The notes under the pieces were generated by a model. That model was not told where the DNA came from and did no database searches. It was given only the letters and a program-made list of their open reading frames with translations. The position numbers were made by a program, and so were the translations under genes. From NCBI GenBank assembly GCA_964252035.1, contig OZ176200.1: DNA of 64,000 nucleotides; one strand, given 5' to 3'. Of this stretch, positions 56,701 to 64,000 are shown in pieces. The DNA is from Podarcis erhardii. Lineage: Eukaryota. Every line of letters begins with the position of its first letter. The stretch's first letter is position 1.

Positions 56701-59700
56701 GGAGAAGCTTCTAAGACCATGCTGAGTTCGATGGCTGACCGCGCCTAAGAAATGTGCCCACAGAAAGAGAAGGAAAGTTTTGCACACTTAACGCATAACC
56801 CAAAAAATGGTGGTCTTGCAGATAAACAGTTTAAGGGCTAAGTTAATAGTCACTACTCAAATGCAACCAACTCTTGAACCCAGCAAATATGTTGGCTTCT
56901 AAGGCAGGGAACCCACCAACTACTAAGCTGACTCAATAGCAGACAGAAATATTGCTCATTTTTATGTTGTATCTTCTGGGGACAATGTGGACCATCCATT
57001 GGAAAAGACTGTGGCATAGAATACTCAGTATGGGAACGGAGTCTGGGAAGTGGAATGTCCAGGAGCCTTTGGCTTTGAATCCTATTTTTAGTGTTAAGGG
57101 CCAAGAGTTTCCCTGTCTCAAAATTGGCATGAGCAGAAATTCCATTCTCCCCAAGGAATGTAAGAAGCTGCCTGACAGAGCAGACAGTCCTAACCTGGAT
57201 GGACCTGTGATCTCCCTGGTTGAGGTTCTCCAGGGTTTCAGAAGGGACATTCCCAGCCCTCTCTGGAGATGCCAGAGACTGAACCTGGGAGCTCTACCCA
57301 CTGAGCAATAGCACTTCCCCAAACAGCAACTCTGCCAACCACCAACCACTCACCTTTGGGACAGATGAGACATTATCCCCGACCCTGTTTTTCTCACCAC
57401 TGCTGCCTGGCGACTGGTATTGCTTGGGCCCTTCCTGTGCCTTGTGGCTCTTGGCCTGAACCAAAACAAAAATATTAGAGAGTTGAGTACATGCTACTGA
57501 GAAGAAGCCATTTGATGAGCAGCCAAACATCCCTAGCCATTGTTATTTGTCATTCTGAAACACCATATGACTTTACAATGTCCCAGATAGCTAAAATGCA
57601 TCACAAGTGCCCACGCAGGTCCAAGTCCAATATTCTAGCCATTGGACGCAGCAACAAAAACCACCTGATGTCACATCCATCAGCCTTGCAAGCAGCAGGT
57701 GAACGCAAGTGCTGGTGGCTCTGGTTTACTTGCTGCCCTGGCACAGAGGAGCCTTGCAGTTGCTTAAGCCAGTCCCAATTTCATCCAGGAACACAGCTTT
57801 CCCGAGCAGACTCTCTACACGTCTTGCTATGGAGTGCCATAGTTAAAAACTGCAGGCTGACAAACTATCTGGAAGGTGCACAGTTAGTGCTGGATCCAGG
57901 GACGGTCCAATAGCACAGGCAACAGGACTTGGAAGAGGTTCCTGCTTAACGTTAGCTTTGTCTCATTATCAAGCTGCTAACGTGGAAGAACCTTCCTGAC
58001 AAGAGGACAGGGAACGGCAGGAAAAGGACCTCCCACAGCTACAGAGATGGTAAGACCCAAAGAGCCTCTTTTGTTATCAAGCCACAAATCTTGTTAGCCC
58101 CCGTGAAGGACTGCACAAAAGCACCAAGTCAGTCAGTAGTATCACTGAAGGGTTAAAACAGCTGCAAAATAAACCACACGGGAACCTCTGGGGCTGTCCC
58201 ACATCTGATTAATGGGAAGATGGCACAGAAGGAACGGAGGGCAGCCACGAGCCATGCACCAAGCCAGCATGCAGGAGGGAGACGCAGCAGGGGTTGAACA
58301 GGCACCTCACCGTGCTGCCCCAGGAGAAAAGCAAAGCGTTGGCCCGATAGTGCCAGCAGTGGAGGACGGCCATCAAGGAGCTTGCAAAGTCTGCCACCTG
58401 CTCCGTTCCTACCAGCCTCTCCTCCTCTTCCTCTTCCTCCTCCTCTTCGTCTTCTTCCTCCGGCCCCATATCCTTCTCGCTGCCATCGCTTTCAGCCAAT
58501 TCTTCCAGAGATTCCTGGGGAAGGGCCTGCCGATCCTGCTGCTGCTGCGGCAAGCTGTTGGTGGGGAGTGAGGGCTCCCCAAACTCCAAAAGGGCTCCAT
58601 CACTGCCTGCATGCTACGTGAAGTGAGGGCAAGCAGGGGCTTTTAGAAAGGCCCCAGAGCTGGGGCACCAACAGAGACACCGCTTAGGGTGCCCTTTCCT
58701 CAACCTGCGCTCGATCGCTGCCTGCTCAACATGTGAGCAGAAGCACACAGCTTGGAGCTGTGAGAAGCTTACTGGCCACCCTGTGGGAGATGGCAGTGGT
58801 CAGAGGGAAATGTCATTTTGTTATTAAAATGAATAATGGCCCCTGCACCAACATTTACCCCAGAGCAGTTTACCTTTAAGGTGGTGTTTTGGTAAGGGAC
58901 CCAAAGCCCATCGCATGTCACCAAAGACTTTAATTTCCTTAGAAAGGGAAGACCCATCTTAATTTCCCTCATTTATTTTGTCTTCTAGAATTTCTGTCTC
59001 TTACCTTTAGTCCTATTGCCAGATTTGTAGCACAGGAAGAAGAAGGGGGGAAAAAGAGGCCATTAGGAAAAAGGTGGGGTCTTGTTTCCCTGCCCAGGTA
59101 GTCTTCCTCCCTATTTCCCAATCTCCATTTCAGGCACACTCTTACTCTTTATAAGCAGCAGACACAGCAAACATGCTGGCAGAGAGCCATTTTTACATCA
59201 CTTATATCTTATTACAGTCCCTTCCAGCGGCTGTGGGTCCCCTGAGAAGGCAGTGGGTCAACCACAAGGCAACAGGAAGAAGTCACTGCTGAAGGAGTGA
59301 CTGAGTAAAGGAACAATTCAGGCTCACACACTTTGAGCAGGGGTGGGGAAACGTCAACCCTTTGCCAGCCTTGCTCTCTGGGGCTGGTGGGAGTCTAGTC
59401 CAACAACATCTGGAGGGCTCCAGGTTCCCCCATCCCTGCCTTTCAGCATCTAAGGTGCCTTGTTTAGCAATATAGAATTGCCCTGTGCTCACAACTGCTA
59501 GCTGTAATAAATCTGAGATAGGAGTGACCATTGGCATAAGGACGGGCACCTGTCAAATCCCACCCACACTGGTCAAGTAAACCTGGGACAGGGAAATCTG
59601 GTCAGTACAGAGCTTCTTCCACCTAGGCTGGGGGGATGTGGGAAAGGGGGACATCCACTCACCTCTGTTGCTCAGTTGCTTGAGAATCTGTTTTGTTGGT

Positions 59701-61641
59701 TCTGCAATGAAAGAAAAGTTTGCGAGATCAGTTCTTGAAATGCTGGTTCAGAGCCCAGAAATACCAGAAAAGGTGGGGAGAACCCCGGCACCAGCCTCAG
59801 CCCACCACCTCTGCCCCTCCAGAAGGAAACACCTTGAAGCATCTGAGTGAAGTGCAGAACAGCACTAGCCTCCTCTGTGCAGTGCAGAACAAGCCTCTCA
59901 GAGAACAGCATCACCAGTCTTTCACCTGTCAAGGACCACACCTAATCCCTCCATCCCTGTCCAATCACAGGCCTTCAGGGGAGTCCCGGTTAGAACTTCT
60001 CCATGGCTCAGACATATGGCTCTTATCCACAAAGAGCAGTGTGTTCAGTATTGTGGACCCAATTTTATAGAATGCCCTTCCAGTTGAGGTCAGACTGGAC
60101 CCCTCCCTGTTGGACTTCCAGTGCCTACAGATGACTTTTAAAATTATTATTCCAACAGGCGCTTTTGGAAGTTTGATTTTCTAGTTTTAACTAGGTTTTA
60201 CCTTTTCTGTATCCTGTTCCTTGCACACTGCTTAAAGACTATTGTAGTTAAGCGGTATATAAATTGTTTAAATTTAAATAAATAAATCTGTGCTTGCAAG
60301 CCACCAAGACTAAATGAACTAGGAGGCCAAATAAACCAGCAGATTTTAAAAAAGTGAGCCCTGTCTCTCACCCAGTCTTCTACAGAAGGGGCTGTGTATA
60401 CTCCAGCAGCAAATAAAAATAAAAATCCAGAATCTGCTGCCCAGAATCAGACACCTCCCCCCTGCAAACTCGGCAGTTTCTTATTATGCAGAATTTATTC
60501 CACTTTGACAATCCAAGTTGGACTGCAAATAAGATGAAAGGAGGCCAAAAGCCCAGGCAGGAAACAGGGTGTCCCATTTTCCAGGTGCCTGAAGCCCTGT
60601 TCGCCCTTCTTAGGCTTCTATGATTTCAAGAGACATTTCCCACATCTTTTCAGAAGCCACAAGAACTTCACATTTACTGTGTCTGGTGCTATTGCATTTC
60701 AAATGGGGAACTTCGGGGTCAGGGGCCCAAATGCAGCCCTCTAGGTCTATCTGAACCTCCAGTCTCTCTCCAGGCCTCATCTTTCAACAGTCTTGCTTTG
60801 ACCCTCCCTTGAGTGTTTTTGCCTGGCTGGAATGTGTCCTTGAACCATGCTAATGCCCCTTACTTGCCTGGAGTGTGTGTCAAAACTGGCCTACTCTACA
60901 GATGTAACCTTCAGCCATTGCTCCACCCACTTTTGCCTCTGGCCCTGCCCACCAATGACATGCGGCCCCTGAAAGATTGTCCAAAAGTGAATGCAGCCCC
61001 TGAGCTAAAAGGGTTTCCCACCCCAGATTTAACATGCACTAATGTAGAATTAATCTAAATAAGCAACTACGAAGAGGGAATGATGTTGGGTAACATATGG
61101 GTGTGATCAGATTTTTGAATATTGAGTTGACTGTATACTGTAATTAGTATTCTTTTGACACATGTGCAAATTAATCGAATTATTGTTCTCCTTGTAGAAC
61201 ATGATTTATTTTCTATGCTGACTTCGCTAAATGAAATTAACTATGTAGGTTCTATAATTAGTAGTAGAGTTGATAAAAGAAAAAGAGAGGAGCAAAAAAT
61301 GGGATTCTCACAATTCTGTGTCACATACCAATTTGTGAACTCATGGAATAAACACAGCCCTGCCTATAGAGCTTAAAAGCCAGCATCATCTATGACGTTC
61401 GCTGGAGACTGAGAGGCATGTTCAGCCAGCATCGTGCCCAGGAGGCAAAGCCCATAAGCTATTCCGCAGTAAGGTTTGACCCAAAGAGCTCCACTTGCTT
61501 GCTCCCAGCCCCACAACACCAGATGGCAGAGCCCCTTCGTGCCACATGCTAAATCAGTGGAGCCCGCACCAGATTTCCTGCGGCCTTTACGCTCGAGTCC
61601 ATCTAGGAGCCTCTCAGCAGTGTTTTTGCCACGGAAAGGCT
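52905..61641 (-). CDS. PLEKHG3: Pleckstrin homology domain-containing family G member 3 (Dbl-family RhoGEF), 3' half; DH-PH exons lie beyond the window end
   Basis: Exons (transcription order) 61641-61570, 59701-59663, 59012-59005, 58613-58311, 57455-57354, 56744-55289, 53713-52905. Motifs VADFASSLMAVLHCWHYRANALLF, SVLDQASVIAERF, DRLLLDKIKNYY, RRRESLSYIPKG, KVYQLARQYSLRIK (actin-binding region), C-terminal KNLREKFQTLNS; synteny with SPTB. Confidence 0.93.
55289..56744 (-). CDS. PLEKHG3: PLEKHG3 large penultimate exon (includes actin-binding motif)
   Basis: tttcttag|GCG CGG...AAG G|gtatgt; 1456 nt; ORF 55209..56720; SVLDQASVIAERF, RRRESLSYIPKG, KVYQLARQYSLRIK. Confidence 0.94.
57158..57320 (-). 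mobile_element. tRNA-derived SINE (Squam3-like), degraded
   Basis: Same head and tail motifs as 18521-18691 (gctcagtgggtagagc...ccaggttca...ggcatctcc...aaaccctggaga). Confidence 0.5.
57354..57455 (-). CDS. PLEKHG3: PLEKHG3 internal exon
   Basis: ttggttcag|GCC AAG...AAG|gtgagt; AKSHKAQEGPKQYQSPGSSGEKNRVGDNVSSVPK; 102 nt, phase 0-0. Confidence 0.8.
58311..58613 (-). CDS. PLEKHG3: PLEKHG3 acidic-tract exon
   Basis: cttcacgtag|CAT GCA GGC...ACG|gtgagg; HAGSDGALLEFGEP...poly-E...VADFASSLMAVLHCWHYRANALLFSWGST; 303 nt. Confidence 0.9.
59005..59012 (-). CDS. PLEKHG3: PLEKHG3 8-nt microexon (GACTAAAG, completes G-L-K)
   Basis: On -: cctaat (branch point) ...ctttttccccccttcttcttcctgtgctac...caatag|GACTAAAG|gtaaga; bridges phase 1 (59663) to phase 0 (58613). 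Confidence 0.72.
59663..59701 (-). CDS. PLEKHG3: PLEKHG3 39-nt exon
   Basis: ttttctttcattgcag|AA CCA...AGA G|gtgagt; (E)PTKQILKQLSNR; resembles mammalian EPTKHLLRQLNEK. Confidence 0.87.
61570..61641 (-). CDS. PLEKHG3: PLEKHG3 72-nt symmetric exon ending GRRKS
   Basis: cctatccttag|AG CCT...TCT G|gtgcgg; (E)PFRGKNTAERLLDGLERKGRRKS; phase 1-1; resembles the mouse ...GLKGRRKS|EPT exon as I recall it. Confidence 0.75.
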
Positions 61642-62839
61642 CTAAGGATAGGATATAAGATACCTGTTAGAGTCAATACCATTCTGCTGGGGATGTTACT
61701 AAAGCCCTGCCTTGCTGGGGCCTGCACCACACTAGGGATGCGGTGACTCAGTGCAGTGATGCACCTGGACCAGTGTCAGCCATCGGCAACCTTGGGCACC
61801 TGCTGAGGATCCATTGCTGCCACCTCTGCTGCCCCAGATTCCCTTGTTTGCCACTTTGATGAACACAATGCTGAATTGCCCACAATGCCCCAGAACAATG
61901 CACTGGGGGCAAGTACAATGGCAACGGCTTGGTACCCAGAGAGGTGCTGCTACCACTGCCCTTGCCTTCCTCCTTTGGTAAGCGTACTTGCCCACCTCAT
62001 GTCCATTGGAATGGGAGGAGGAGGTATTGGTGATGCTAGGAGAGAAGAACTGCCTGCTGCTGGGGGGTGGGGGGAGCATAAGAGGAACCTATGCTGTATG
62101 GTCCTATACTGCTGCCGGTTGCAGTGTGAACTAGATTATTTGTAGGGTCTCCTTCCAACTCTCTGGGCCATTCTAGATTATTTTCAGGGCACAAAGAGCA
62201 TGTTGTTTTGACACTCTTGTTGCAGGCATAAATATTACATTGTGTTTTACTCAGAGCAGACACGACTACATTAGGTCCATAATACCACCCAATAGCTATT
62301 TAAGAGGCCCATTTTCTCAACACTCCTGGATAAAATCTTTTAACGATCTGCTTTTAACAAGCAGGTGCCCTTCAGAAGATCCTCTAGTGAGCTCTCTTTT
62401 TAGAAGCTGTCTAGGCTTGCAGCACCCAAGACTTGAGCTCAGCAGTTCTCTCTTGACACAGCAATCAAACAATGCACACAGGACCTCAGCACACTTTTAC
62501 ACGCCACAAACTCAGCCCAGCACACAGAGACCCATAGGCATCTACTAGAGTTGCGAGTCGCAAAAGCAGGCCATGATGTGTGTGGTTCCCCCCCATCCCA
62601 AAAAAACCTATGCCGTGTAAGAAGTTGTTGACAGCAAGAGCACCCTTTGTTAGGATAAGAAGTCAAGTAGGAATAAAAGGAATTTGGAACGGCTTCCATG
62701 TTTTGGTATGAAAGTACAACACCCAGGAGAGTCAACGAAATGGAACCAGCCTGCCCTGACTTGCACAAGCTTGCCTGACACATTGGTGAAAGGTGGTTTT
62801 TCTACACAACAATCTGAAGAGCAGTCAGAGGGAGCAGTG

Positions 62840-63025
62840 GGAGAGGGGTCACTAGTTCAGTGGTAGACTTCCCAGTTCAGCTCCCAGCCTGCATTTCAGC
62901 TAGAAGGAATGGGAAAGGCCTCTCTACCGGACACCCTGGGATACTGTCTCAGATCAAGGATGCGGATGGAGGACTAGCCTGGTTGAAGTCTGTCAGCTAC
63001 GTGTGTTCAAGGCAGTGTGTCCACC
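62840..63025 (+). mobile_element. tRNA-derived SINE (Squam3-like), degraded
   Basis: gggagaggggtcactagttcagtggtaga head; caccctgggatactg body. Confidence 0.4.
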
Positions 63026-64000
63026 TATCCTAGCCTCCTGAATTTGGAAGCAGATTGGCCTGAATGTTGTGAAAGAATGATAAATACTTCTTGAGTGTGG
63101 AAATTGCATAGGATAGCATTTGCCAAACGTTTGCCTCCAGATGTTTTAGACTACAATTCCCATCAGCCCCAGGTCAGCGAAGACTGTCCTAACAGCAGCA
63201 CTGATGGGTCAGACGAAAAGGCTGAACCAATTCATCACCTTGCTGCCAATAAATAGTCAGGTTGCTATTGCCACAGTTTTTCCACAGTTTAGGCTACTGA
63301 TGGCAGATGCAAGAGGGACCAGGTGAGGGGAGAGGACGAAGTTGTTTACTGGCATGTTCCAACTCTGAATTACCTGTTTCTGAAGCAGAGGTTCAAAACA
63401 GGAAAGAGAACAGGCTCTAGTACTTATTTGAAACAAGACCTCTTTTTAGCTCTATGTGTGTTATTGAATAGTGTGTTTTTTAAAACAAAAGTTCAATATG
63501 GTCTATGACAACCAAAGTTTCGTAGTTTTTATTTTGCATTTATGTATGTAAAAATGTATATGGTATAAATGAGTATTATCCTATGTTTAAGAATCAGTAT
63601 TTCAATGTCCATTAACTCCATTGATAGCAGGTATAACAGATGTTGCTGAACTATCACTCTCAACATCCCTTGCCATCGGCCATGCTTCCTGAGGCTGATG
63701 GAAGTTGTAATGCAGCAACATCTGGAGGGCCAAAGCTTCCCTATACCTGGTCTACAGCTCCTGAAGGGGGAGTATTTCACTCCAAAATGTGTAGAACGAA
63801 AATGAAAAAGTATTCTACCAGTAAGCACTGGACCTGTTCTCCTTTCTGTTTTGATTCTTCATGGTGCTTCCTGTATTGCTGAAGTGAAGGTGACAAGTTC
63901 ACGGTGACAGTGGGAGAAAAATTCCCATAGAACTGTCCAGAACAAATAAAGGTATGTTCTCTGAACATTGTCTGTGTGTGTTTGTGGTGTGCCAGAGGTC

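Noticed and set aside
58874-58937. 64-nt exon-like unit on - with an AAG|GTAAAC donor
   Set aside because: Stop codon in phase 1 and length incompatible with the PLEKHG3 frame; the 8-nt unit at 59005 fits better.
59219-59244. 26-nt phase 1 to 0 candidate (GDPQPLEGT) on -
   Set aside because: Weak donor ACT|GTAATA and no resemblance to the GMK/GLK residues expected.
63835-63885. 45-nt purine-rich exon-like stretch on - (QYRKHHEESKQKGEQ)
   Set aside because: Open only in phase 0, while the neighbouring PLEKHG3 junctions are phase 1; weak GTCCAG donor.

Overview
Vertebrate (squamate reptile, most likely a lacertid lizard judging from its MITE/SINE families) genomic window with two convergent, intron-rich genes. 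On the + strand lie 33 coding exons of beta-I spectrin SPTB (479-46323; equivalent to human exons 4-36: CH1/CH2 actin-binding domain, spectrin repeats, tetramerization repeat, PH domain). I placed all of them by GT/AG boundaries and they sum to 6771 nt, i.e. 2257 codons including the stop, with consistent phases; the 5' end is outside the window. On the - strand lies the 3' half of the RhoGEF PLEKHG3 (61641 down to the stop at 52905), matching the mammalian SPTB/PLEKHG3 tail-to-tail synteny. Most short ORFs in the supplied track are intronic noise or antisense shadows. Introns carry hAT and Tc1/mariner MITEs (three with perfect 8-bp TSDs), tRNA-derived SINEs, CR1/L2 fragments, a Penelope-like element, microsatellites and a 153-N gap. 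Most interesting observations: (1) PLEKHG3's reading frame can only be closed by an 8-nt microexon, and further micro-exon-like units sit nearby, including a second, frame-equivalent 8-nt one; (2) the SPTB exon-32 internal donor is conserved but read-through gives only VSYQF*, not the mammalian phosphorylated erythroid tail, and exon-like units lie in the following 9.8-kb intron; (3) an intronic Penelope remnant with a ~95-bp inverted repeat carries a decayed minimal hammerhead ribozyme in both orientations; (4) a compact bidirectional poly(A) cassette at about 50829-50863 lies between the two genes. Comparisons with human/mouse are from memory and need alignment; no database search was run.
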